Assembly (NCBI GenBank): GCA_001543005.1
Contig: LFLB01000031.1
Location: forward strand, 2,637 to 66,636
Origin: Candidatus Spongiihabitans thiooxidans
Lineage (GTDB): Bacteria; Pseudomonadota; Gammaproteobacteria; Arenicellales; Poriferihabitantaceae
Direction: 5' to 3'
DNA length: 64,000 nt
Below are positions 9,085 through 19,516 of the stretch, piece by piece. Both the position numbers and the translations under genes were made by a program. Numbering within the stretch: position 1 is the stretch's first letter; the number at the start of each line of letters is the position of its first letter. The notes under the pieces were generated by a model. The model saw only the letters and a list, made by a program, of their open reading frames with translations. It was not told the origin of the DNA and did no database searches.

Positions 9085-11034
9085 ATGCACGCTGCAAAAA
9101 TTCGTACCGCAACAATTTATGCGGATTGCGCTATTGAAGAAAATAAGCATCGGTGTGATGTTATTGATGCCGAAACCACCGCCACCATTCCTGGGTTATT
9201 TGAGGAAAGGGTAAGACGTAGCCCGGACAAAAAAGCCTATTCGCAATTCGATCCAGTCCGCAATGAATGGATTGAATACACTTGGCGGGATATGGCGAAT
9301 GACGTCAATCATTGGCGCAGAGCCATTGCTGCTGATGGCTTCAAAACCGGGGAACGTGCGGCAATTCGCATGTCCAACTCCAAAGAATGGATTTTATTCG
9401 ACCAGGCGGTATTGGCCCAGGGCTTGGTCGTGGTGCCGGTTTATGTCGAAGATCGTGCAGACAACATTGCCTACATTCTTAAGGATACCGAAGCTCGGTT
9501 GTTGTTGCTTGAAAAATATTCGCAGTGGTTAGAGATGGAACGGGAGTCGCCGTCGTTAACGGCCGTAAAGCGTGTCGTCATTGTTCATGACGATCATCAG
9601 GGGGGCGATCATCAGGGGGACGATCATCAGGGGGACGATCATCAGGGGGGCGATCATCAGGGGGACGATAATGATGGAATTGAAAACTGTGACGATGCCA
9701 GGGTAATGTCATTGAATGCCTGGTTGGCTACGGCGATGCCGGTTCTGCCTCAAACCCCGGCGATTGATGCAGACGATTTGGCGACCATTGTGTACACCTC
9801 AGGCACAACAGGAAAACCAAAAGGAGTGATGCTTTCTCACGCAAACATGTTTTTGAATGCCTATGGCGGATTACAAAGCGTGGCGGTGTATCCAACAGAT
9901 CAATTTCTTTCTTTTTTGCCATTGTCGCACATGTTTGAACGAACGGCGGGGTACTATTTGAGCATGATAGCGGGCGCCGCCGTTGCGTTCAACCGGTCAA
10001 TTCCACAACTATTGGAAGATATGGTGGCAATCAAGCCTACCTGCATGATTGCCGTTCCGAGAATTTTCGAACGAGCCTGCTCGAAAATTAAAACCCGGTT
10101 GGACGAAGGGCCAAAATTAAAAAAATGGTTGTTTGAACAAGCAGTTGCGGTGGGTTGGCAATGTTTCGAAAATCAGCAAGGTCGATCAAAGTGGCACTTT
10201 AGACAGTGTTTCTGGCCGATATTCAAGACTCTGGTTGCCGGTAAAGTGACACAGCAATTTGGTGGTCGATTGCGCTTTGTGGTCAGTGGTGGCGCTCGAT
10301 TATCGCCGAATATCGCCAAAGTGTTTATTGGTCTAGGCATTAAAATCTTGCAGGGTTATGGATTGACTGAAAGCAGTCCGGTATTGACCGCGAATACCGT
10401 GTCCCGAAATAAACCGTGTTCCATCGGATTGCCGATTCGCGGCGCCGAACTACGATTGGGAGACAATGATGAATTGCAAGCCAAAGGGAGGTACATCATG
10501 ATGGGTTATTGGAACAACCCGCAAGCCACAGCCAAAGTTATAGATTCGGAAGGTTGGCTGATGACCGGCGATATCGCCGATATTTCTGAGCAAGGTTTTA
10601 TTTCCATTATCGGCAGGATCAAGGAGATAATCGTTTTGACGAATGGTGAAAAAGTGCCGCCGGCGGATATGGAGTCAGCGATAATTGACGATCCGTTGTT
10701 CGAGCAAGCGATGGTGATAGGAGAAGGCAAAGCCTACCTCACCGCCCTTATTGTGTTAAGCCCTGAGGTTTGGCCCGAAGTCGCCTTATCGCTTGGCGTT
10801 GATCGGTCTGATAAAATGGCGTTGGCAAGCGAAAAAGTGAAACAATTTGTTTTGGATAAAATCGCCGATCAATTAACCGAATTTCCGGGCTACGCATTCA
10901 TTCGACAAGTAACGCTTTTTACCGATGTATGGGGCGTTGGCGATGGCGCCATCACGCCCACCCTAAAGCTCAAGCGGTCGGTACTCATGGGGCGATTCAA
11001 GACCGAGATTGAATTGATGTATAACCCGCCCTGA
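9085..11034 (+). CDS. AMP-dependent synthetase/ligase (long-chain fatty acid--CoA ligase-like)
   Basis: It shows the AMP-binding motif IVYTSGTTGKPKGVMLSH, plus GYGLTESSP and TGDI...G...I.GR.K. The start is set at ATG 9085 because the longer ORF (8935) overlaps tctA. Confidence 0.85.
   Translation: MHAAKIRTATIYADCAIEENKHRCDVIDAETTATIPGLFEERVRRSPDKKAYSQFDPVRNEWIEYTWRDMANDVNHWRRAIAADGFKTGERAAIRMSNSKEWILFDQAVLAQGLVVVPVYVEDRADNIAYILKDTEARLLLLEKYSQWLEMERESPSLTAVKRVVIVHDDHQGGDHQGDDHQGDDHQGGDHQGDDNDGIENCDDARVMSLNAWLATAMPVLPQTPAIDADDLATIVYTSGTTGKPKGVMLSHANMFLNAYGGLQSVAVYPTDQFLSFLPLSHMFERTAGYYLSMIAGAAVAFNRSIPQLLEDMVAIKPTCMIAVPRIFERACSKIKTRLDEGPKLKKWLFEQAVAVGWQCFENQQGRSKWHFRQCFWPIFKTLVAGKVTQQFGGRLRFVVSGGARLSPNIAKVFIGLGIKILQGYGLTESSPVLTANTVSRNKPCSIGLPIRGAELRLGDNDELQAKGRYIMMGYWNNPQATAKVIDSEGWLMTGDIADISEQGFISIIGRIKEIIVLTNGEKVPPADMESAIIDDPLFEQAMVIGEGKAYLTALIVLSPEVWPEVALSLGVDRSDKMALASEKVKQFVLDKIADQLTEFPGYAFIRQVTLFTDVWGVGDGAITPTLKLKRSVLMGRFKTEIELMYNPP
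9592..9666. repeat. 15-bp in-frame tandem repeat x5 (gatcatcaggggg[g/a]c) encoding DHQGG/DHQGD units inside the acyl-CoA ligase
   Basis: Read directly. The protein reads HDDHQGGDHQGDDHQGDDHQGGDHQGDDNDG. Confidence 0.95.
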
Positions 11035-11192
11035 TTGTGCAACAGCGGCATCGGACGTATTGATTGGCAGCCTTTGAAATTCCCATTTGCGATTCATAAT
11101 ATGGCATAATCGGCGCGCAAAAACGCTGGCCGCAAAAATGATGGCCATCCAGTAACATCAAACATTCAACATCACCTTTTTAAGGAATTAAC

Positions 11193-11516
11193 ATGAATTT
11201 ACTGATTTCAGACGCTTGGGCACAATTTGGTGGAGAGGGCGGTAGCGGACTGTTTGGCATTCTGCCAATGATTCTCATCTTTGCGGTTTTCTATTTTTTA
11301 CTGATTCGCCCCCAGCAAAAACGCTCGAAGGAACACAAAGCGATGGTGGCTACCATATCCAAAGGTGACGAAATCGTAACCAATGGCGGCGCGCTCGGTA
11401 AAGTGACCGCTGTGGATGATAATTTCGTCTCCGTGGAAATCGCTGCCGGTGTTACCATCAAAGTTCAGCGCATGGCGATAGCCCAAATGATGCCCAAAGG
11501 AACGGTGAAATCGTAA
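11193..11516 (+). CDS. yajC: Preprotein translocase subunit YajC
   Basis: 107 aa containing FYFLLIRPQQKR...GDEIVT.GG..G.V. It lies upstream of secDF. Confidence 0.9.
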   Translation: MNLLISDAWAQFGGEGGSGLFGILPMILIFAVFYFLLIRPQQKRSKEHKAMVATISKGDEIVTNGGALGKVTAVDDNFVSVEIAAGVTIKVQRMAIAQMMPKGTVKS

Positions 11517-11598
11517 ACAATATCATTAGGATGCTTGTCCGCAATGCGCCTGTCATTTCCCGCGCGCGCCGCCATTAACCTCGTAACTTCAATTCTCT

Positions 11599-13482
11599 AT
11601 GCTTAACCATACTGCCTGGTGGAAATTCCCGGTGATTATCACCGTTGTGCTGCTGGGCCTGATTTATGCCGTGCCGAATATTTTCGGTAACGATCCGGGT
11701 ATTCAAATACGCGGCGCCAGAGGGTTAAGCATTGACTCATCCGTTCTTGGGCGCGCGCAAGCTGTATTGGACGCACAGTCTATTCCATTCAAATCCATTT
11801 CCCAGGATGCAAAGGGCATTAAAATTAGATTTGAAAATGATGAATGGCAATTGCGCGCGAAAGAGTTAATAGAAAAAGAATTGGGGAATAACTATTCATC
11901 GGCGCTGACGTTATTAACAGGCGCGCCGAGCTGGCTCACCAATCTAGGTGTATTGCCGATGTATTTGGGTCTTGATCTGCGCGGCGGCGTCCATTTCCTG
12001 CTGCAAGTGGATATGCAAAGTGCAATTAAACGTGCCCAGGAACGCTATCGGGACAATATAAAAACGATATTGCGAGAGAATAAATTGCGCTACAGAACGG
12101 TAATACTGAACCCTCAGGGCCAATTGGAAACGACCATTCGTAATCCTGAACATCGGCAGCAAGCCTACGATATTCTGATTAAGGAGTTATCCGATCTGGA
12201 AATCAGTAACGACGACAGTCGAGCGGAAATTATTTTGGCACAACTGAGCCAAACCCAAATCGATGAAATCAAAAAGTTTGCGCTGGAACAAAACCTCACT
12301 GCATTGCGTAATCGGGTTGACCAATTAGGGGTGGCCGAGCCGGTAGTGCAACAACAAGGCAATGATCGTATCGTGATCCAGCTTCCCGGGGTTCAGGATA
12401 CTGCCAGGGCGAAAACCATTCTCGGTCGAGCGGCGACCCTGGAAATGCATTTGGTGGACGAAGAAAATAACACTTCGGCGATTGCTTCTGGACAAGCTCC
12501 ACCCGGCTCTCGAATTTTTAAATTCCGTGATGGTCGGAAAATTTTGCTTAACAAACGAGTCATTTACGCCGGTGACAGTATTGTCGATGCGGCCGCCAGT
12601 CTGGATGCTCAAACGGGTGGTCCAATTGTTAGCATCACTCTGGATTCTGCCGCAGCAACCATCAATAGCCGGGTGACCGGTGAAAATATCAATAACCGTA
12701 TGGCGGTGGTGTATCTTGAAATAACCTCCACAATCAAGAAAGATGCTAACGGCAATATTGTTCTCGACAATGACGGCAAGCCAGTGCGCGTGACCCATCG
12801 GTTGGAAGAGGTGCTGACCGCGCCGGTAATCAGGGATCAACTGGGCAAACGCTATCAGATTGAAGGTCTCGATTCTGTGGAAGAGGCGCGGGATTTGTCA
12901 TTGATGTTGCGTTCTGGCACTTTGGCAGCGCCAGTTGAAATAATCGAAGAGCGTACTGTTGGCCCCAGTTTGGGGCAGGCGAATATCAGTCAGGGCTTTC
13001 GTTCGGTGATGGTTGGATTCATGTTGGTATTAATTTTTATGCTGGTTTATTACCGCGTATTCGGTTTTACCGCGATGCTCGCGTTGACCCTGAACTTGAT
13101 ACTCATCGTTGCTGTTTTGTCACTGCTACAGGCAACTCTCACTCTGCCCGGTGTCGCCGGGATCGTATTAACCGTGGGTATGGCGGTCGATGCCAATGTT
13201 TTGATATTCGAACGCATACGCGAAGAAATCAGGAATGGCAACTCGCCCCAAGCCAGTATTCACCTGGGCTATGACCGCGCACTTTCTACCATTGTGGATG
13301 CCAATATAACCACGCTGATTGCGGCTGTGGTTTTGTTCAACTTTGGTACCGGCCCGATCAAGGGATTTGCAGTTACCCTGAGTATCGGCATTATCACTTC
13401 GATGTTTACCGCAATCATGCTAACCAGAATGTTAATAAACCTGTTTTATGGCGGTAAAACTGTCAAACGGCTGGCGATCTAA
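11599..13482 (+). CDS. secD: Protein translocase subunit SecD
   Basis: 627 aa with a large periplasmic loop. The C-terminal TM bundle (TLPGVAGIVLTVGMAVDANVLIFERIREE) is SecD-typical. Confidence 0.95.
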   Translation: MLNHTAWWKFPVIITVVLLGLIYAVPNIFGNDPGIQIRGARGLSIDSSVLGRAQAVLDAQSIPFKSISQDAKGIKIRFENDEWQLRAKELIEKELGNNYSSALTLLTGAPSWLTNLGVLPMYLGLDLRGGVHFLLQVDMQSAIKRAQERYRDNIKTILRENKLRYRTVILNPQGQLETTIRNPEHRQQAYDILIKELSDLEISNDDSRAEIILAQLSQTQIDEIKKFALEQNLTALRNRVDQLGVAEPVVQQQGNDRIVIQLPGVQDTARAKTILGRAATLEMHLVDEENNTSAIASGQAPPGSRIFKFRDGRKILLNKRVIYAGDSIVDAAASLDAQTGGPIVSITLDSAAATINSRVTGENINNRMAVVYLEITSTIKKDANGNIVLDNDGKPVRVTHRLEEVLTAPVIRDQLGKRYQIEGLDSVEEARDLSLMLRSGTLAAPVEIIEERTVGPSLGQANISQGFRSVMVGFMLVLIFMLVYYRVFGFTAMLALTLNLILIVAVLSLLQATLTLPGVAGIVLTVGMAVDANVLIFERIREEIRNGNSPQASIHLGYDRALSTIVDANITTLIAAVVLFNFGTGPIKGFAVTLSIGIITSMFTAIMLTRMLINLFYGGKTVKRLAI

Positions 13483-13501
13483 TCGGTTGATTTAATTGGT
13501 T

Positions 13502-14515
13502 ATGGAAATACTAAAAAAACAAACTCGTTTTGATTTTCTGGGCAAGCGAAAAATCGCGCTGGTTATTTCCAGCGTATTATTGGTGGTAAGTATTGTCAGT
13601 CTTTTTGCCAAAGGATTAAATCTGGGCATCGACTTTACCGGCGGAACGCTTGTGGAAGTGGGTTATCAGAACGCCGTACAAATCGAATCAGTTAGAGCTG
13701 CATTACAGGATAACGGGTTTAATGATGCCGTGGTTCAGCATTTCGGTACTCCGAGAGATGTCATGGTGCGCTTGCCGGCCACGTTTTCCAGAGAAAGTGT
13801 CAACGCAGCGGAAATAAGCAATAGTGTAATGGAAGCGTTACGATTGCCATTCGGTGAATTGTTGGTTGAGTCGTCCAATTCCGTGCAGCAGCAATGTGTT
13901 TTAAATGAAACGACGGTCGATTGTCAGGTGCAGATGCGGCGGGTGGAATTCGTCGGCCCGCAAGTGGGAGATGAACTGGTAAACGAGGGTGGATTGGCAA
14001 TGTTATACGCCCTGCTTGGCATCCTGATTTACGTTACCTTTCGATTTGAATGGCGGTTCGCGGTTGGTTCGGTTATCGCGCTGGTACATGATGTGGCAAT
14101 TACCGTTGGGACTTTTTCCCTGTTTCAATTGGATTTTTCGCTGCCGGTACTGGCAGCGGTACTGGCGGTAATCGGTTATTCCCTGAACGACACCATCGTG
14201 GTGTATGACCGCATCCGCGAAAACTTCCACAAAATGCGCAAAAGCGATATCGTGGATATCATGAATTCCGCCATCAATCAAACGCTTCCGCGGACAATCT
14301 TGACTTCGTTGACGACATTACTGGTTGTGGTTACGTTATTGCTATTGGGTGGCGAGGTGATTCGTGGATTTTCCTTCGCATTGTTTATCGGCGTTATCAT
14401 TGGTACCTATTCATCAATTTTTGTGGCCAGCCCGGCGGTAATGATGCTCGGCATAAGCCGTGAAGACATGATGCCGGTACAAAAAGAGGGTGAAAACATT
14501 GACGCTCAACCCTAA
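13502..14515 (+). CDS. secF: Protein translocase subunit SecF
   Basis: It contains GIDFTGGT, SLNDTIVVYDRIREN, and TILTSLTTLL. Confidence 0.95.
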   Translation: MEILKKQTRFDFLGKRKIALVISSVLLVVSIVSLFAKGLNLGIDFTGGTLVEVGYQNAVQIESVRAALQDNGFNDAVVQHFGTPRDVMVRLPATFSRESVNAAEISNSVMEALRLPFGELLVESSNSVQQQCVLNETTVDCQVQMRRVEFVGPQVGDELVNEGGLAMLYALLGILIYVTFRFEWRFAVGSVIALVHDVAITVGTFSLFQLDFSLPVLAAVLAVIGYSLNDTIVVYDRIRENFHKMRKSDIVDIMNSAINQTLPRTILTSLTTLLVVVTLLLLGGEVIRGFSFALFIGVIIGTYSSIFVASPAVMMLGISREDMMPVQKEGENIDAQP

Positions 14516-14530
14516 CCGTGCCAAAACATC

Positions 14531-15043
14531 ATGCGCTGCCCATTTTGCTCAAGTAGCGACACTCGAGTAGTCGACTCGAGATTGGGGGATGGCGGTGAAA
14601 ATGTTCGCCGTCGACGGGAATGTCAGGAATGTTCACAAAGGTTCACTACCTTTGAGCAAGTGGTTTTTGAAATGCCCCGAGTAATAAAATCTGACGGTCG
14701 GCGGGAAAAATTCGATGAGGCAAAGCTGCGTAGAGGTATTGCCCGCGCGCTTGAAAAAAGACCGATTGAAATGAAATCTGTCGAAAGCGCAATAAATCGC
14801 ATCATGCGTCTATTTACCCGCAAAGGTGATCGAGAAATTAACGCCAAACAAATCGGTGAGGCGGTCATGGATGCGCTCAAACAGTTGGACGAAGTTGCTT
14901 ATGTACGATTCGCATCGGTTTACCGCAGTTTCCAGGACCCCGAAGCGTTTAGCGATGAAGTAGAAAAATTACGAGAGACGGGTCCCGGTCGGGAAAGTGA
15001 ATTCCAATTGTCGCTATTGCCGGATAAGGATAGTAAGCGATGA
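14531..15043 (+). CDS. nrdR: Transcriptional repressor NrdR
   Basis: MRCPFCSSSDTRVVDSR...RRRRECQECSQRFTTFE forms a zinc ribbon, followed by an ATP-cone. Confidence 0.95.
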   Translation: MRCPFCSSSDTRVVDSRLGDGGENVRRRRECQECSQRFTTFEQVVFEMPRVIKSDGRREKFDEAKLRRGIARALEKRPIEMKSVESAINRIMRLFTRKGDREINAKQIGEAVMDALKQLDEVAYVRFASVYRSFQDPEAFSDEVEKLRETGPGRESEFQLSLLPDKDSKR

Positions 15044-16227
15044 GTTTGTTTTCGGGACTTAAGGTGCAATCGGAGCGGATAACGGTGGCCGATGCGACCG
15101 AGCAAACCGGCGACAACATTAAACCTGGCCCCGGTGAGGACGAGGGCTATATGGCCAGGGCGCTACAACTCGCACGAAAGGGGGTTACCACTTGCCACCC
15201 CAATCCGGCGGTTGGCTGCGTAATCGTTAACCATGGGGAAATTATGGGTGAAGGATGGCATGATTTCGCCGGGCACGCCCATGCAGAAATCAATGCGTTG
15301 AAACAAGCGGGGAAGTCATCGGTCGGAGCGACTATGTATGTCACCCTGGAGCCTTGCAGCCATCATGGCAAAACGCCGCCCTGTGTCAAGTCAATTATCA
15401 AATCCCGAATCAGTCGGGCAGTCATCGCCACCGAAGATCCAAACCCGTTAGTGAATCGCTCTGGAATTTCCGAATTGCAAGGTGCTGGAATCGACGTAAC
15501 CCTGGGCGTTGGGCAGGCTCAGGCGAAAACCATTAACCGGGGATTTCTAAAACGCATCACCACCGGCATCCCTTGGGTGACGCTTAAGATCGCAACCAGC
15601 ATGGATGGAAAAACTGCCATGGCGGACGGTGAAAGCCAATGGATTACGTCCTCACCAGCACGTAAGGATGCACAGCAGTTAAGAGCAGCGGCTTCAGGCA
15701 TACTGACCGGAATCGGTAGCGTGTTGCGAGATGACCCGAATATGAATGTTCGTCTCGATGGCGTCCAAAGACAACCACTACGCATCATTCTCGATACCAA
15801 TTTAAGTATCCCGGTTGATGCAAAAATTCTGAGTCGCCAAGATGGCGTAATCGGCGATGTATTGATCGTTACCGCAAATTCTGAAGACAGCGCAGCGGAA
15901 ATTTTTCAGGAGGGCTCGGTTGAAATTATCAATTGCCGCACCTCGGGCGGCAAAATAGATTTGCACGCAGTGATGCTTGAACTGGGACAACGAGAAATGA
16001 ACACGATCTTGCTTGAAGCGGGCGCAAGACTCAGCGGTAGCATGCTCGAACAAGGTTTGGTCGATGAAATCGTTGTTTATATGGCCCCTGATTTGTTGGG
16101 CAGCGATGCTATGGATATGTTCACAATCCCAGGGCTCGAACAACTTGCTGACAAACTATCGCTGGAATACAAAGATGTTACCCGGGTCGGTCGTGATCTT
16201 CGATTGACGCTATCGGTAGCCAAATAG
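15040..16227 (+). CDS. ribD: Bifunctional riboflavin biosynthesis protein RibD (deaminase/reductase)
   Basis: It has the deaminase motifs HAEINAL and PCSHHGKTPPC plus a C-terminal reductase domain. The start forms an ATGA overlap with the nrdR stop. The N-terminal ~35 aa extension is uncertain. Confidence 0.9.
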   Translation: MSLFSGLKVQSERITVADATEQTGDNIKPGPGEDEGYMARALQLARKGVTTCHPNPAVGCVIVNHGEIMGEGWHDFAGHAHAEINALKQAGKSSVGATMYVTLEPCSHHGKTPPCVKSIIKSRISRAVIATEDPNPLVNRSGISELQGAGIDVTLGVGQAQAKTINRGFLKRITTGIPWVTLKIATSMDGKTAMADGESQWITSSPARKDAQQLRAAASGILTGIGSVLRDDPNMNVRLDGVQRQPLRIILDTNLSIPVDAKILSRQDGVIGDVLIVTANSEDSAAEIFQEGSVEIINCRTSGGKIDLHAVMLELGQREMNTILLEAGARLSGSMLEQGLVDEIVVYMAPDLLGSDAMDMFTIPGLEQLADKLSLEYKDVTRVGRDLRLTLSVAK

Positions 16228-16236
16228 TGCCAGGAC

Positions 16237-16866
16237 ATGTTTACCGGCATTATACAGAGCATCGGGTCGGTTACCGCAATTTCATCCGTTGCGGATGGGG
16301 CGAGGTTATCAATTGATCTCAAACAACTGGATTTAGAACGGATTCGCCTTGGTGACAGTATCGCGGTAAACGGGGCTTGTCTCACGATTAACAGACTCGA
16401 ACAAAATATTGTTCATTTTGATGTGTCCAGCGAAACATTAGCAACATGTTTGATGGGAGGTTGGCAGGCCGATGATTGGGTAAATCTGGAACTTGCCTTA
16501 ACGCTGCAAACGCCTATCGGTGGGCATCTGCTATCGGGTCATATCGACGGTACGGCAAAATTGGTTAACCGACAAGATAGGCAGGGATTTGCTGTCATGC
16601 GGTTTGAAACGGAGCGTGCCATTGGGAAATTTATCGCGGTCAAAGGATCGGTGGCCATTGATGGCGTCAGTTTGACCACCAATAAAGTGACGGACAGCGA
16701 CCATCGGACGCAGTTCGAAATCATGTTGGTTGCCCACACCCTTGAGCGAACAACGCTGGGAAAACTCGAAAAAAATTCGCGGGTTCATGTTGAAGTGGAT
16801 CAAGTTGCCCGGTACATTCAAAGGCTAAGCGAATGTGTAGAAAATCAAGATGTTGAACCCATATAA
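16237..16866 (+). CDS. ribE: Riboflavin synthase (alpha chain)
   Basis: MFTGIIQSIG...GDSIAVNGACLT plus a second lumazine-binding repeat GSVAIDGVSLT. Confidence 0.92.
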   Translation: MFTGIIQSIGSVTAISSVADGARLSIDLKQLDLERIRLGDSIAVNGACLTINRLEQNIVHFDVSSETLATCLMGGWQADDWVNLELALTLQTPIGGHLLSGHIDGTAKLVNRQDRQGFAVMRFETERAIGKFIAVKGSVAIDGVSLTTNKVTDSDHRTQFEIMLVAHTLERTTLGKLEKNSRVHVEVDQVARYIQRLSECVENQDVEPI

Positions 16867-16901
16867 TTCAAAAGCAAACAGGTAATTCAAAAGCAAACAG
16901 T
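16865..16901. repeat. Tandem duplication of 18 bp with a 19-bp period (taattcaaaagcaaacag), starting on the ribE stop codon
   Basis: Read directly from the sequence. Confidence 0.9.
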
Positions 16902-16903
16902 CA

Positions 16904-18082
16904 ATGGATAAAACAGCCATAACCGCGAATAAAATCGAACAGGTCATTGAAGATTACCGGCAGGGTAAGATGGTCATTATGGTCGATGATGAAGACCGGG
17001 AGAACGAAGGCGATTTACTGGTTGCAGCAACGTGTATTACTGATGAGCATATCAATTTCATGGCCTCCAAAGGGCGCGGTCTGATCTGCCTGACGCTAAC
17101 CGAGGAACGCTGCAATCAGCTCGACTTACCCTTAATGGTTAGTCGAAATAGTGCACGTTTTTCAACAAATTTTACCGTTTCAATTGAGGCCGCAGTCGGC
17201 GTTACCACGGGAATTTCTGCCCAGGATAGAGCGATTACAATTCAAGCAGCAGTCAACCCGGACGCACAACCCAATGACTTGGTAACGCCGGGACATATTT
17301 TTCCCATAAAAGCGCAAGTGGGTGGCGTATTAACTCGCGCAGGTCATACCGAGGCAGGCGTCGATATGGCGAGATTGAGTGGATTCGAGCCGGCCAGTGT
17401 CATTTGTGAAATTTTGAAAGACGATGGCAGCATGGCGCGGTTGCCGGATCTGGTTGAGTACCAAAAAGAACACAATTTAAAAATGGGCACTATTGCTGAT
17501 TTAATCCGCTACCGACTGAAAAATGACCCTACCTTGAAAAGAGTCTCGACAGAGAGCTTACAGCTAAAGCAGGGCGGGTTTCAGTCTTATGTTTATCACG
17601 ATGTGGTAGAAGGCGGCACCCATCTGGCGTTGGTAAAAGGGGAGATTCATCCCGGTGATGTCGTTCCGGTGCGGGTTCATGTACATCGCGGATTACTCGA
17701 CGCCGTACTCGACCCAACGCCATGGAGTTGGACCTTGGAAAATGCACTGCGGGCAATTTCCGCTCAACCAGCTGGTGTTGTGGTTATATTGTCTTATAAC
17801 TCGTCTGTTGACGAGTTGGTCAGCCGTATCAAGCTAAACAGCGATACCAAAAGACGATCTTCAAGAAAACCAGCAACGCCCGAGGATGACCCCGGCAATT
17901 TGAGAATGTTAGGTGCCGGCGGGCAAATTTTGGCTAATCTTGGTTTGACAAAAATTCTGGCCTTGGGACGACGAAAGAAAACCCATGGATTATCCGGGTT
18001 TGGATTGGAAATCGTGGATTATATTGAAAATCGGCAACAACTGTTGCAGTGGAATAAAGATAATGGACGCCACCAAAAATAA
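16904..18082 (+). CDS. ribB: 3,4-dihydroxy-2-butanone-4-phosphate synthase with a degenerate GTP-cyclohydrolase-II-like C-terminal domain
   Basis: The N-terminal DHBPS motifs are [13 protein letters not shown] and GHTEA. The C-terminal domain aligns with RibA, but [13 protein letters not shown] replaces the RVHSEC.TGD zinc/cysteine motif. Confidence 0.85.
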   Translation: MDKTAITANKIEQVIEDYRQGKMVIMVDDEDRENEGDLLVAATCITDEHINFMASKGRGLICLTLTEERCNQLDLPLMVSRNSARFSTNFTVSIEAAVGVTTGISAQDRAITIQAAVNPDAQPNDLVTPGHIFPIKAQVGGVLTRAGHTEAGVDMARLSGFEPASVICEILKDDGSMARLPDLVEYQKEHNLKMGTIADLIRYRLKNDPTLKRVSTESLQLKQGGFQSYVYHDVVEGGTHLALVKGEIHPGDVVPVRVHVHRGLLDAVLDPTPWSWTLENALRAISAQPAGVVVILSYNSSVDELVSRIKLNSDTKRRSSRKPATPEDDPGNLRMLGAGGQILANLGLTKILALGRRKKTHGLSGFGLEIVDYIENRQQLLQWNKDNGRHQK

Positions 18083-18086
18083 GGTC

Positions 18087-18566
18087 ATGCAGATAGCCCT
18101 GAAAAATAATCAAGCCGACGGTAGTTTTAAAAATTGTGCTGGCCGATACGCTTTGGTGGCCGGTCGATTTAATCGCGCCATAACCGATCAGTTGGTGCAA
18201 GGCGCCACAGCGGCATTAGCCGGCCACGGTATTGACATCGCTGAGATTGACTGCAAGTGGGTGCCCGGGGCGTTTGAAATACCGATGGTGGCAAAAAAGC
18301 TGGTTGAAACCAGACGCTATATGGCGGTGATTGCCTTAGGGGCGGTTATTCGCGGGGCTACCGCTCACTTCGACTTTGTTGCCGGCGAGTGTGCCAGAGG
18401 TATTGCTCAATTGAATCTGCAAAGCGACATTCCCGTTATTTTCGGGGTGTTGACCACGGAAACCCTTGAGCAGGCGGTTGAGCGGGCGGATGCCAAGGCC
18501 GGCAACCAAGGCGCCGATTACGCATTGGCGGCGTTGGAAATGGTGAGTTTGCTGAAACAGTTGTGA
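18087..18566 (+). CDS. ribH: 6,7-dimethyl-8-ribityllumazine synthase
   Basis: It contains ALVAGRFNRAITDQL..GA, VPGAFEIP, and GVLTTETLEQAVERA. The start could also be ATG 18063. Confidence 0.9.
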   Translation: MQIALKNNQADGSFKNCAGRYALVAGRFNRAITDQLVQGATAALAGHGIDIAEIDCKWVPGAFEIPMVAKKLVETRRYMAVIALGAVIRGATAHFDFVAGECARGIAQLNLQSDIPVIFGVLTTETLEQAVERADAKAGNQGADYALAALEMVSLLKQL

Positions 18567-18600
18567 ATGTTTCCAGCGTAAAACCTTACTCGATAGCATA

Positions 18601-19017
18601 ATGGCGCGTAGCGGGCGACATCTCGCCAGACGGTGTGCGGTGCAGGCGCTCTACCAGTGGAATGTGACCGGGCAATCTCCCTCTGAGATTGAAAGCAGTT
18701 TTATAAAAAATGAAAACTTGTCCGGGCGGCATCTGGATTATTTTTTAGCATTAATAAAAAATATACCGTTAAACATAGAAGTGATTGATAACCTTATTAC
18801 CCCTCATCTTGACCGTAAACTGGACAAAGTTGATTTGATCGAACATGCTATTTTAAGAGTCGGGACTTATGAGTTAAAGTTTCAACCGGACGTGCCGGCT
18901 CGAGTGGTGCTCGACGAAGCCATTGATATTGCAAAAGTATTTGCCTCGGAACACAGCTATAAATACGTCAATGGCGTGCTAGATAAAATCGCTCGTGAGG
19001 TAAGAGATCATGTGTAG
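18601..19017 (+). CDS. nusB: Transcription antitermination factor NusB
   Basis: R.ARRCAVQALYQW...ILRVGTYEL...DEAIDIAK.F....YKYVNGVLDKIA matches NusB. Confidence 0.95.
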   Translation: MARSGRHLARRCAVQALYQWNVTGQSPSEIESSFIKNENLSGRHLDYFLALIKNIPLNIEVIDNLITPHLDRKLDKVDLIEHAILRVGTYELKFQPDVPARVVLDEAIDIAKVFASEHSYKYVNGVLDKIAREVRDHV

Positions 19018-19516
19018 AATTACCCGCCAGCATCTATTTCAGTCTCCACTCCATTTTCTGGCATTCGGGTTTGGATGCGGGTTGTCACCCAAAGCCCCAG
19101 GTACAATGGGCACATTAGCAGCAGTTCCGCTGGTTTGGATAATGTCGCAATTCCCAAACCTGATTTACACATCCGTCACTTTGTTCTGCGTATTGGCTGG
19201 CTCAGCAATTTGCAACGCTGCATCAAGAACGTTAAATGAGCATTCTGGGCGTAATCATTATGTGCATGATCACCCGGCAATAGTATGGGACGAAATTGTC
19301 GGCATGATGCTGACCATGATTTTTATCCCGGTTACATGGCTAACGTTGCTAATCGGATTTTTGTTGTTTCGGTTTTTTGATATTTTAAAGCCTTGGCCCA
19401 TTCGTTATTTTGATCAACGTGTCCACGGCGGCATTGGCATCATGCTGGACGATATTATCGCCGCGATATTCGCTAATATTATACTCAGAGTTTTATTGCC
19501 GTACTTGCCGCTTTAA
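19010..19516 (+). CDS. pgpA: Phosphatidylglycerophosphatase A
   Basis: It contains GFGCGLSPKAPGTMGTLAA, WDEIVGM, FRFFDILKPWPI and GGIGIMLDD. It overlaps the nusB 3' end by 8 bp. Confidence 0.85.
   Translation: MCRITRQHLFQSPLHFLAFGFGCGLSPKAPGTMGTLAAVPLVWIMSQFPNLIYTSVTLFCVLAGSAICNAASRTLNEHSGRNHYVHDHPAIVWDEIVGMMLTMIFIPVTWLTLLIGFLLFRFFDILKPWPIRYFDQRVHGGIGIMLDDIIAAIFANIILRVLLPYLPL

Noticed and set aside
16867-16903. An FMN riboswitch (RFN element) in the rib cluster.
   Set aside because: The intergenic gaps in nrdR-ribD-ribE-ribB-ribH are only ~10-40 bp, too short for an RFN element, and no conserved RFN core was seen.
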